A stretch of DNA of 35,738 nt from Methanothermococcus sp. SCGC AD-155-E23 (lineage in GTDB: Archaea > AGJL01 > Methanococci > Methanococcales > Methanococcaceae). This document shows, one piece after another, positions 1-8,375 of the stretch (position 1 is the stretch's first letter; the number at the start of each line of letters is the position of its first letter). Where the stretch lies: assembly GCA_019561615.1 (NCBI GenBank), contig JAHEQA010000045.1, positions 1 to 35,738 on the forward strand, read 5' to 3'. Both the position numbers and the translations under genes were made by a program. The notes under the pieces are model-generated. The model saw only the letters and a program-made list of their open reading frames with translations. It made no database searches and was not told where the DNA came from.

Positions 1-95
<95 letters not shown>

Positions 96-1037
96 CCATA
101 CGGCGGTAGTAGAATGGCCATGGAATTTGCAGAAGCAGGTCACGATGTAGTACTCTCAGAGCCTAACGGGGATATGCTAACAGAGGAGATGTGGAAGAAG
201 GTGGAGGAGGCTGGGGTTAAGGTTACCCAGGATGATCTAGAGGCTGCAAGACATGGGGAGATACATATCCTCTACACCCCTACAATTAAAACCCTGGAGG
301 TAGCTAAGAAGATAGTGAGACACCTACCTAAGGATGCAGTGCTCCTAACTACCTGTACCATATGTCCACTTGCCCTATACTGCTGTTTAAAATATGAACT
401 TAGAAACAGAAAAGACATAGGTATTACATCATTACATCCTACCACAGTACCAGGTACACCTCAGCATGATCGTTATGTAATAGGAGATAGATCTCTAGAT
501 GGAAAGAGATTCTTAACAGAGGAGCAGTTGAAGAAGTGTATTGAATTGGCAGAGAGTGTTAATAAGAAAGTTTATATAGTGCCTATAGATGTGACATGCC
601 CTATTGGAAACAAAGGATCATCTCTCTTAACTGCAGTGGTATTGGCTGGTATACTGGAGTACTACGATGTTGGTACTAGGGTTATGGAGTTCTCCGAGGA
701 TACAGTTGAACGAGAAATAGTCATGGTACTTGAAGTACTAGCCTCCATAGTGGAGACCTCAGGTATTCTAGGTCTCTTAAAGGCTCTAAATATGGAGTTG
801 ATCACAAAGAGCGCCTCTTCTCTCGGTCTTTCAGAAGATAGGGAAATTTTAAAAATAGCACTGAAAAGGCTAAAAAATATAGATGAAAAATTATTAGAAA
901 AGGTTAAAAATGCCAGGATAAATCCCACAATACCTGTGGCATCTCAGGCACTTGTAAAGGAACTTAGAACCATAATTGGAGGAAAGGCGGCAGAGGGAAT
1001 GATTGAAAGGAGCATGAAAAAACTCTTTATGGGTTAG
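96..1037 (+). CDS. H2-forming methylene-H4MPT dehydrogenase-related protein (HmdII/HmdIII paralog), 5'-truncated
   Basis: The frame stays open upstream of ATG114 (P-Y-G-G-S-R). PYGGxxMAxEFAxAGHDVVLSEPN, TCT, HPTxVPGTP and C-terminal IGGKAAEGMIERS match Hmd paralogs. The N-terminus is lost in the poly-C. Confidence 0.88.
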   Translation, partial: PYGGSRMAMEFAEAGHDVVLSEPNGDMLTEEMWKKVEEAGVKVTQDDLEAARHGEIHILYTPTIKTLEVAKKIVRHLPKDAVLLTTCTICPLALYCCLKYELRNRKDIGITSLHPTTVPGTPQHDRYVIGDRSLDGKRFLTEEQLKKCIELAESVNKKVYIVPIDVTCPIGNKGSSLLTAVVLAGILEYYDVGTRVMEFSEDTVEREIVMVLEVLASIVETSGILGLLKALNMELITKSASSLGLSEDREILKIALKRLKNIDEKLLEKVKNARINPTIPVASQALVKELRTIIGGKAAEGMIERSMKKLFMG

Positions 1038-1060
1038 AAATTAGGGGAGTATTTGTTGTG

Positions 1061-1276
1061 TTAAATGGAAGTAGAAAGGGTAGAATCTATCTTACTAAGA
1101 ATAATCCTTATGTCTGTTTTCCTTGTAATATTCCTCTCCTTTTTTAGCAACTCCTTTAACTTCCTTTTTAAATCCTCTAAATCTTCACACCTATCTAGGA
1201 GTTCCTTAAAAAACTCTATATCCTCAATATAGGGACCTATGTTTATCAACAACTCTTCTTTTGTTTTTTCATCCAT
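1061..1276 (-). CDS. Small hypothetical protein (~71 aa, charged, helical)
   Basis: MDEKTKEELL... has the K/E-rich composition of real genes here and fills the gap between the Hmd paralog and dadD. ATG1276 avoids overlap with dadD. Confidence 0.7.
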   Translation of the reverse strand: MDEKTKEELLINIGPYIEDIEFFKELLDRCEDLEDLKRKLKELLKKERNITRKTDIRIILSKIDSTLSTSI

Positions 1277-1301
1277 GTTATCCCAATTATATGGTGATAA
1301 G

Positions 1302-2588
1302 ATGGACATACTTGTTAAAGATCTGGACTATGCCTTAGATCCTGATCTAAGGATCTATAGGGGTATTGATATACTAATCAGGAGAGAGGATGGAGGGGTG
1401 AAACTATATAGGGGGAGAAACCTTCTGGAGAAATTTAACTTAGACAGGAGGGATTTAAAGGTAATAGATGGGGATAAGAAATGTGCAATACCTGGGTTAA
1501 GTAATAACCACACCCATATCCCTATGACCCTCCTAAGGGGGATAGCAGATGACATGATACTACAGAACTGGTTGAGGGAGAAGATATGGCCTAACGAGGA
1601 AAAACTAACAGGGGAAGATGTATATTACGGGGCGCTACTTGGATGTTTGGAGATGTTAAGGTTTGGTGTAACATCCTTCAACGACATGTATTTCTTCCCA
1701 GAGGAGATAGTCAGGGCGACTAAGGAGGTTGGTATAAAGGGGGCTATAGGTTATCCTGTAATAGACTTTGGTACCCCTCAATATAAGGACTTGGACAAAC
1801 TTCTAATTAACTGTGAAAAATTTATAAGAAGGTATATTGGGGAGGAGAGGATTAAGCCAGTTGTAGCTCCCCATGCCCCCTACACCTGCTCCAAGGATAC
1901 CTACCTCTACTGTAAAGAGGTATCTCAGGAGTACAACGTCCCCATGCACACCCATCTCTCTGAGACCAGGTATGAAGTTGTGGAGATGGAGAATAGGATG
2001 GGGATGAGACCTGTAGAGTATCTGGAGAGTATAGGGGTACTGGGGGAGAACCTTATAGCTGCCCACTGTGTATGGGTTACAAAAGAGGAGGTAAAGAAAC
2101 TTGCCAGATATGGGGTTAAGGTGGTCCACTGTCCAGGGAGCAATATGAAACTTGCCAGTGGAGGGGTTATGCCCCTTGTAGAGATGTTAAGGGAGGGTGT
2201 GCCCCTCTCCCTTGGGACAGATGGACCTGCAAGTAACAACAACCTGGATATACTGGAGGAGATGAAGATATGTTCACTACTTCACAAGGCCCATAGATGG
2301 GATCCTAGAGTTGGTGATGTGGACACTGTTTTAGGTATGGCCTTCAACAGTGAAGTCATAGGTTTCGAAAATAAGGATATAGTACTACTAGATCTTAAAA
2401 GTCCCCATCTAAGACCTGTCCACAGTATAAAGTCTAACATTGTGTACTCTGCAAATGGGAACGACGTAGATACTGTTATTGTGGATGGGGAGGTGTTACT
2501 GGAGAACAGGAAATTTACCAGGATAGATGAGAGGGATTTAAGGACCCTCTACAGTAAGATAGATAGAATAGTGGAGAAATTTGAGTGA
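1302..2588 (+). CDS. dadD: Amidohydrolase, 5'-deoxyadenosine/MTA/SAH deaminase family
   Basis: HTH metal motif (NNHTHIPMTLLRG), PHAPYTCS, HLSET, AAHCVW, SNMKLASG and LGTDGPASNNNLD. GGTGAT RBS precedes ATG1302. Confidence 0.85.
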   Translation: MDILVKDLDYALDPDLRIYRGIDILIRREDGGVKLYRGRNLLEKFNLDRRDLKVIDGDKKCAIPGLSNNHTHIPMTLLRGIADDMILQNWLREKIWPNEEKLTGEDVYYGALLGCLEMLRFGVTSFNDMYFFPEEIVRATKEVGIKGAIGYPVIDFGTPQYKDLDKLLINCEKFIRRYIGEERIKPVVAPHAPYTCSKDTYLYCKEVSQEYNVPMHTHLSETRYEVVEMENRMGMRPVEYLESIGVLGENLIAAHCVWVTKEEVKKLARYGVKVVHCPGSNMKLASGGVMPLVEMLREGVPLSLGTDGPASNNNLDILEEMKICSLLHKAHRWDPRVGDVDTVLGMAFNSEVIGFENKDIVLLDLKSPHLRPVHSIKSNIVYSANGNDVDTVIVDGEVLLENRKFTRIDERDLRTLYSKIDRIVEKFE

Positions 2589-2643
2589 AGCTCTATGTTC
2601 TTTAGAGAGGTGTTTTCTTTTTTGGTGTAACCATATTCCCTAC

Positions 2644-3543
2644 AGTGAAACCCTCACACCGTTAACCTTAGTAGTGATGGAAGTGGCACTACACCTCCCA
2701 TCCCATTTTCTTATAATGAAAAGTTGGACCCCCGGTGCGAAATCCGCACCCCCTCAAAGATTTTCCCCGGGCTTTTTCTCACCCACCTTCCCAAAATCCC
2801 AATTTCATATATATACCTGCGTCCCAGGGTATATATACCCCGTGACGCATTTCGCACCAGGGGGAAAGTATTCACTATAAGAAAAGAGGATGGAGGGTGC
2901 GAAATCCGCACTTGTGCAAGGTTTTGCCCCAGGATTATGAGGGTTAGGGGTACGCATTCCGCACCTTTTCGAAAATCTCCCCGGGACTCCTGTTCTCGGA
3001 ACTGCCGCATTTCGCACCACCTCTCTTTTTTCCTTATAATATAAATCCCATTTCTTATAGTGAAACCTCCTCTTGTACCGTTAACCTTGGTAGTGATGGA
3101 AGTGGCACTACACCTCCCATCCCATTTTCTTATAATGAAAAATTGAACCCCCGGTGCGAAATCCGCACCCCCTCAAAGATTTTCCCTGGACTTTTTCTCA
3201 TCCACCTTCCCAAAATCCCAATTTCATATATATACCTGCGTCCCAGGGTATATATACCCCAGGACGCATTCCGCACCCCCTACCCCATTTTCTTATAGTG
3301 AATACCTGAACCCCCGGTGCGAAATGCGTCACAAAATCCCTCTTAAGGTGCGGATTTCGTCCACTTCTGAAGGTCAACCTCGAGATTTTCCCGGGACTCT
3401 TCCTTGACAACTGCCGCATTTCGCACCCCCCTCCAAGACCCCACAATTTTTTCTTATAATATAAACCTCATTTCTTATAGTGAAACCTTGGACCCTGGTA
3501 GCCTCAAGGGGCGGTAGAGGTCACTATACCCTTCCTATCACAT
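2644..3543. repeat. Non-coding tandem repeat locus: two ~415-420 bp units plus a degenerate partial third
   Basis: AGTGAAACC recurs at 2644, 3059 and 3479. Block 2658-2841 matches 3077-3260 at offset 419 with 6 mismatches in 184 bp. Tails 2975-3068 and 3385-3488 are also similar. Confidence 0.95.
2734..3427. repeat. Array of ten 17-bp quasi-palindromic sites, consensus GGTGCGnAWTnCGCACC
   Basis: Copies start at 2734, 2842, 2896, 2949, 3002, 3153, 3261, 3316, 3347 and 3411. Confidence 0.9.
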
Positions 3544-3683
3544 GCCAACACTTAACTTAACCCCTAGGAATGGTGATGGGTTAAATTAAAATAATAAAAA
3601 TCCAATTTTTTGTAATAACCACCTTTTTATAACCTTATAAAAAAGTTAAAAAATATTAATAGGGATTAAACGGTGAAAATTAG

Positions 3684-4382
3684 ATGAAAGTAGATATGCA
3701 TGTTCATACCCTGAAGTCAAGCTGCTCCCTGAACCCCATAAGACTGTTGAAAAAGCTATGCTCAAAGATGGGTATACTCCCCTTTATATGTGATCACAAC
3801 ACCCTTACAAAGACAGATTTTGGAATACCTGGAGAGGAGATATCCACAGACAAAGGTGAATTTATAGGGCTATTTTTAAACGAGGCTGTAAATGACAGGG
3901 ATATCTTCGAGGCCATGGATAAGGTGAAGGAGCAGGGAGGATTGATATACCTACCTCACCCCTTTGACGAGAACAGGGGTAGGTCCCTCTGCCGATACAA
4001 CATACTTAACGACAAGGAGTTTAAAAAGAGGGTAGATATTGTAGAGGTTTTCAACAGTAGGTGTAGGGACAACAGACCTAACGAAATGGCTTATCAATAC
4101 GCCAAGATGAACAACATGTTAATGGGTGTAGGGAGTGACTCCCACTTTCCCTGGGAGTTGGGTAATGCATATCTAATACTCGAGGAGGAATTTGACAGGG
4201 ACAACCCCAAGGAATTTCTAAGGGTACTGAAAAAGAACAACAAAAATGGTTTTAAATACTACGGGAAGTTAGGGAGCCCAATTAACATGATATGTAGTAA
4301 AATCTCAAAGAAGATAAACAAATCAGGCTCCCTGAGACTCCCCAAGTTGAAGTTTAACAAAGACCTGATAAGATACCTGTGA
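3684..4382 (+). CDS. PHP-domain metal-dependent phosphoesterase (TrpH-like)
   Basis: DMHVHT, CDHN, GEEI, PHPF, EVFNSR and GSDSH motifs; GGTGA RBS. Confidence 0.88.
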   Translation: MKVDMHVHTLKSSCSLNPIRLLKKLCSKMGILPFICDHNTLTKTDFGIPGEEISTDKGEFIGLFLNEAVNDRDIFEAMDKVKEQGGLIYLPHPFDENRGRSLCRYNILNDKEFKKRVDIVEVFNSRCRDNRPNEMAYQYAKMNNMLMGVGSDSHFPWELGNAYLILEEEFDRDNPKEFLRVLKKNNKNGFKYYGKLGSPINMICSKISKKINKSGSLRLPKLKFNKDLIRYL

Positions 4383-4392
4383 GGAGGTTAAC

Positions 4393-5721
4393 ATGGATGT
4401 TAAAGTGGAGAGCCTAGACAACTGGAGGAGAACCCATTACACCTCTGAGATAAAGGGAGAGATGGATGGAGAGGAAGTAACAGTTATGGGATGGGTAAAC
4501 TCCATAAGGAAGTTAGGTAAGTTGATATTCATCATACTGAGAGACAGGGAGGGGATGATACAGATAGTTATTCCCAAGAAGAAGGTGCCCGAGGAGGTAT
4601 TTAGTATTGGGAAGTCCCTTGGAAGGGAGGACGTTATTGCCATTAGGGGTAAGGTGGTGGCAAACGAGAAGGCTCCCGGAGGATGTGAGATAGTACCCCT
4701 GGAGATCAAGGTATTAAACAGGGCTGAGTCCCCCCTTCCACTGGATCCCTCGGAGAAGGTACCTGCAGATCTAGATACAAGACTTGACAACAGGTTCCTA
4801 GACCTTAGGAGGCCAAAGATAACAGCAATTTTTAAATTGAGATCTGAGATGTTAAGAGCTGTAAGGGATACCTTCTACAGGGAGGGCTTTATAGAGGTCA
4901 ACACACCTAAACTTGTGGCAAGTGCCACAGAGGGAGGTACAGAGCTCTTCCCACTATCCTACTTTGAGAGGGAGGCCTTCCTAAGTCAAAGCCCCCAGCT
5001 CTATAAACAGATGTTGATGGCTGCAGGCTTTGAGAGGGTATTTGAGATAGGACCTATATTTAGGGCTGAGGAGCACAACACCAGGAGGCATCTAAACGAG
5101 GCCATATCTATAGACTGTGAGATGTCCTTTGCAGATGACAGGGATGCCATGGAGATGCTTGAGAAGGTGGTGTATAATACCCTCCTACATATAAAGGAGC
5201 ACTGTAAGAGGGAGTTGGAGTTACTAGATGTAGACCTTAAGATACAGGATATCCCATTCCCAAGGCTGACATACGATGAAGTTTTAGATATTGTAAACAC
5301 CAGAGGTGTGGAGATGGAGTGGGGAGAGGACCTCTCAAGGGCTGGGGAGAAGGTGTTGGGGGATTACATGGAGGGGTTCTACTTTATTACCAAGTGGCCC
5401 AGGGATATAAGACCCTTCTACACCCTTCCATGTGAGGAGGATCCAAAACTCTGTAAGGCCTTTGACCTTATGTATAAAGATCTGGAGATTGCCTCAGGTG
5501 CCCAGAGGATCCACATATACCCCCTTCTAGTGGAGAATATTAAAAGGATGGGTTTAAACCCTGAGAGTTTCGAGAGCTACCTCCAGGCCTTTAGATACGG
5601 GATGCCACCTCATGCAGGCTGGGGTCTAGGTGCAGATAGGTTTATGATGGTGTTGGGAGGCCAGAAGAATATTAGGGAGTGTGTCCTCTTCCCAAGGGAT
5701 AGACATAGACTTACACCTTAA
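4393..5721 (+). CDS. aspS: Aspartate--tRNA ligase, archaeal type (probably non-discriminating Asp/Asn)
   Basis: OB-fold (GWVxxIRxLG, ILRDR), [32 protein letters not shown] and [14 protein letters not shown]; GAGGAGG RBS. Confidence 0.97.
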   Translation: MDVKVESLDNWRRTHYTSEIKGEMDGEEVTVMGWVNSIRKLGKLIFIILRDREGMIQIVIPKKKVPEEVFSIGKSLGREDVIAIRGKVVANEKAPGGCEIVPLEIKVLNRAESPLPLDPSEKVPADLDTRLDNRFLDLRRPKITAIFKLRSEMLRAVRDTFYREGFIEVNTPKLVASATEGGTELFPLSYFEREAFLSQSPQLYKQMLMAAGFERVFEIGPIFRAEEHNTRRHLNEAISIDCEMSFADDRDAMEMLEKVVYNTLLHIKEHCKRELELLDVDLKIQDIPFPRLTYDEVLDIVNTRGVEMEWGEDLSRAGEKVLGDYMEGFYFITKWPRDIRPFYTLPCEEDPKLCKAFDLMYKDLEIASGAQRIHIYPLLVENIKRMGLNPESFESYLQAFRYGMPPHAGWGLGADRFMMVLGGQKNIRECVLFPRDRHRLTP

Positions 5722-5779
5722 AGTAATAAATAGAAAAATAAAGATAATATTAGGCTATATAAAGAAATAGGTGAAAACC

Positions 5780-6067
5780 ATGGTATCAAAAGAGGATGTA
5801 ATAAAGGCCTTAAAGAATGTTAAAGATCCCCACATGGGGATAAGTATCGTTGATATGGGACTGGTAAAGAACGTAGAGATAGACGAGGAGAACAACGTCT
5901 CCTTTGAGTTGATACCTACAAACCCTGCATGTATGAGTGTAATGGGGATGGCCTTAGGGGCCAAGGAGGAGGTTAAGAAGATAGAGGGGGTAAAGGATGT
6001 TAAGGTCATTGTTAAGGGGCATATAATGGAGGAGGACATAAACAAGATAGTTAACAACAGTGAATAA
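5780..6067 (+). CDS. DUF59/SufT-like metal-sulfur cluster assembly factor
   Basis: [16 protein letters not shown] and PTNPAC motifs; AGGTGA RBS before ATG5780. Confidence 0.88.
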   Translation: MVSKEDVIKALKNVKDPHMGISIVDMGLVKNVEIDEENNVSFELIPTNPACMSVMGMALGAKEEVKKIEGVKDVKVIVKGHIMEEDINKIVNNSE

Positions 6068-6098
6068 ATCTCTTTTTTCTTTTTTTAAAGGTGGAAGG

Positions 6099-7349
6099 AT
6101 GTTTACCAGGCCCAAGGGGACGAGGGATTTTCTACCTAAGGAGATGAAGAAGAGGAGGATTGTGGAGGAGAAACTTAGGAGGGTTTTTGAGAGTTACAAC
6201 TTCAGGGAAATACTTACACCTACCTTTGAAAGTTTTCAACTACTCTCTAGGAAAACTGGGGAGGAGATAAGGAGGCAACTCTTTGTATTTAGGGATCATG
6301 GAGGTAGGGAGATGGGCCTTAGACCTGAGATTACCTCCTCTGTTGTAAGACTCTATCTCAATGAACTTAAAAACTACCCTAAACCTATAAAACTCTACTA
6401 CTTTGCAAACTGTTTTAGGTATGAGAACCCCCAGGCTGGAAGGTACAGGGAGTTTTGGCAGATGGGTTGTGAGTTGATAGGGAGTAAGTACCCCATAGCA
6501 GATGGGGAGGTTATAAACCTTGCCATGGATGGTCTAGATGCAGTAGGTGTAGACTACGAGACTCACATAGGACACCTGGGAGTACTTAAGGGAATATTCC
6601 AGAAATTTAACCTCTCCGAGGAGGAGGAGTTGAATATAAGGAGACTTATAGATAAGGAGGATTATAAAGGTCTCAGGGATTATTTGGAAAGTATAGAGTC
6701 CTCCCAGGAGTTAAGGGAGATAGTATTCACCCTTCTGAAGTTTAAGGGGGAGAGGGAGGTATTAGGTGAGGTAAGGGAGGTTTTAAGGGACTACCCCCTC
6801 TCACTCCAGGCCCTTAGGAATCTAGAGGAGATACTGGAGTTTGTAAAGAAGGAGGATGTTGTGATAAACTTTGGAATAGCAAGGGGTCTAGATTACTACA
6901 CAGGTATGGTATTTGAGATATACGGGAAGAGGGGAGGGGCTAAACAGGTATGTGGTGGAGGTAGATACGACAATCTGATAGAGCTCTTTGGAGGGGAACC
7001 TACACCTGCAGTTGGTTTTGCCTATGGTTTTGACAGGATAATGATGAATATTCCAGACTTTGAGGTGGAGGAGGAGGTTATACTTGTAGTACCTGTTAAA
7101 AAGGATATTAATTTACTTAAGAAGTCTATGGAGATTGCAGATGAACTTAGGAGAAGGGGTAAAGTTGTAGAGGTAGATCTGATGTACAGGAGATTGAACA
7201 AGGCACTTAACTACGCCAACACCATGGGTATTAGGAAGGTGATAATTGTAGGTGAGAGGGAGCTGGAACAGGGGATGGTATTATTAAGGGATATGAGAAC
7301 TGGGGAGCAGATAGGTGTAAAGTTGGAGGAGTTAGGGGAGTATGTCTAG
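6099..7349 (+). CDS. hisS: Histidine--tRNA ligase
   Basis: [39 protein letters not shown] and GGGRYD motifs, plus a C-terminal anticodon-binding domain. Confidence 0.97.
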   Translation: MFTRPKGTRDFLPKEMKKRRIVEEKLRRVFESYNFREILTPTFESFQLLSRKTGEEIRRQLFVFRDHGGREMGLRPEITSSVVRLYLNELKNYPKPIKLYYFANCFRYENPQAGRYREFWQMGCELIGSKYPIADGEVINLAMDGLDAVGVDYETHIGHLGVLKGIFQKFNLSEEEELNIRRLIDKEDYKGLRDYLESIESSQELREIVFTLLKFKGEREVLGEVREVLRDYPLSLQALRNLEEILEFVKKEDVVINFGIARGLDYYTGMVFEIYGKRGGAKQVCGGGRYDNLIELFGGEPTPAVGFAYGFDRIMMNIPDFEVEEEVILVVPVKKDINLLKKSMEIADELRRRGKVVEVDLMYRRLNKALNYANTMGIRKVIIVGERELEQGMVLLRDMRTGEQIGVKLEELGEYV

Positions 7350-7362
7350 ACCAAGTGATAAT

Positions 7363-7716
7363 ATGAGAGCATATTTACTTTTAATATTACTAACACTATT
7401 TTCAGGTTGTATAGATGTGGGAAGTGATGAATATTTAACAGAGGATTTGAATCTTGAAGGAAAGACCGTGGTAATAGTGTTTTACGCTGACTGGTGTAAG
7501 TACTGTAAGGCCCTTGAACCTACACTAAACCAGTTGGAGAAGGAGGGGATAGAGATTATAAGGATAAACGTTGATGAACATCCAGAGTTGGCACGAAAAT
7601 TTGGAATCAGAGGGCTGCCTACTGTTCTCTACATCAAAGATGGTGTTGAGGTTGGAAGAACTATCGGCTACAATCCAGAGGAGGTAGTAAATAAGGCCAG
7701 GGAACTTTATCACTAA
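7363..7716 (+). CDS. Thioredoxin-family lipoprotein
   Basis: Signal peptide with lipobox (MRAYLLLILLTLFSG-C), FYADWCKYC active site and GLPT cis-Pro loop. Confidence 0.88.
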   Translation: MRAYLLLILLTLFSGCIDVGSDEYLTEDLNLEGKTVVIVFYADWCKYCKALEPTLNQLEKEGIEIIRINVDEHPELARKFGIRGLPTVLYIKDGVEVGRTIGYNPEEVVNKARELYH

Positions 7717-7733
7717 TGCTTTAGGGAAGTTTT

Positions 7734-8375
7734 ATGGATCTACTGCTAATATTTATTTCAGGAGTATTTACGGCACTGGGTCCCTGTGTATTAAGTGTAC
7801 TACCTGTAGTGTTTACCTATACCTTTGGAATCTCAGAATCTAAAAGAGAGGCATTTATTGTATCCCTATTTTTTGTTCTGGGATTCTCCATAGTTTTTAG
7901 TTTATTGGGAGCTATTTCCTCGATTTTTGGTATGCTCTTAGAAATTTATAAGTTAAAGTATGTTGCAGGTATTCTGGCGATAGTTCTAGGTTTATTGATC
8001 ATCTTCAAAAAAGGCTTTTCATTTAGATTAAAAAAGAACTTTTTTAGTAAAGTTAAAATCGATAAAAGTATCTCCCTTAGGTATAAAGTACTTACCTCTT
8101 TTATCCTTGGATTATCTTACGGTGTTGGAGCCAATGTATGTGCAGATCCTATTTTAGCAGGAATATTAACCTACGTATCTACAAGATCAGATGTTATATT
8201 TGGGGTCTTGGCTTTATTTGTATATGCAATGGGTTATGGACTTCCGATAATTCTCCTAAGTGTTATAGGTGTTGAGGGTAAAGAGGTATTTCAGAAATTT
8301 GCAAACTCTAATCTTGTAAGTTTTATCTCAGGTTTTATACTGATTGTATTGGGATTTTTTGTTATTCTCCATTAA
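7734..8375 (+). CDS. ccdA: CcdA/DsbD-TM family membrane electron transporter
   Basis: About six hydrophobic segments, two conserved Cys (LGPCVLSVLP, NVCADPIL) and a YAMGYGLP motif. Confidence 0.88.
   Translation: MDLLLIFISGVFTALGPCVLSVLPVVFTYTFGISESKREAFIVSLFFVLGFSIVFSLLGAISSIFGMLLEIYKLKYVAGILAIVLGLLIIFKKGFSFRLKKNFFSKVKIDKSISLRYKVLTSFILGLSYGVGANVCADPILAGILTYVSTRSDVIFGVLALFVYAMGYGLPIILLSVIGVEGKEVFQKFANSNLVSFISGFILIVLGFFVILH

Noticed and set aside
1239-1301. N-terminal extensions in the ORF track (dadD 1239, hisS 6060, trx 7342, CBS-ParB 19420, rps27e 12513)
   Set aside because: Downstream starts have a better RBS and/or match family N-termini, and they avoid overlaps.
2734-3427. CRISPR array interpretation of the 17-bp repeats with ~37-bp gaps
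   Set aside because: The repeats are too short, degenerate and mixed in orientation, spacing is irregular overall, and the spacers are themselves repeated.
2581-3446. Five short ORFs (71-106 aa) on both strands of the repeat locus
   Set aside because: They overlap each other, lack an RBS and have Pro/Arg/Ser-rich composition unlike host genes. Shared peptides (VTHFAPG, VFTIRK) simply reflect the DNA repeats and the inversion.
2644-3543. Autonomous IS element, tRNA or rRNA
   Set aside because: No transposase ORF, clear terminal inverted repeats or target duplication; no cloverleaf/T-loop or rRNA signature seen.
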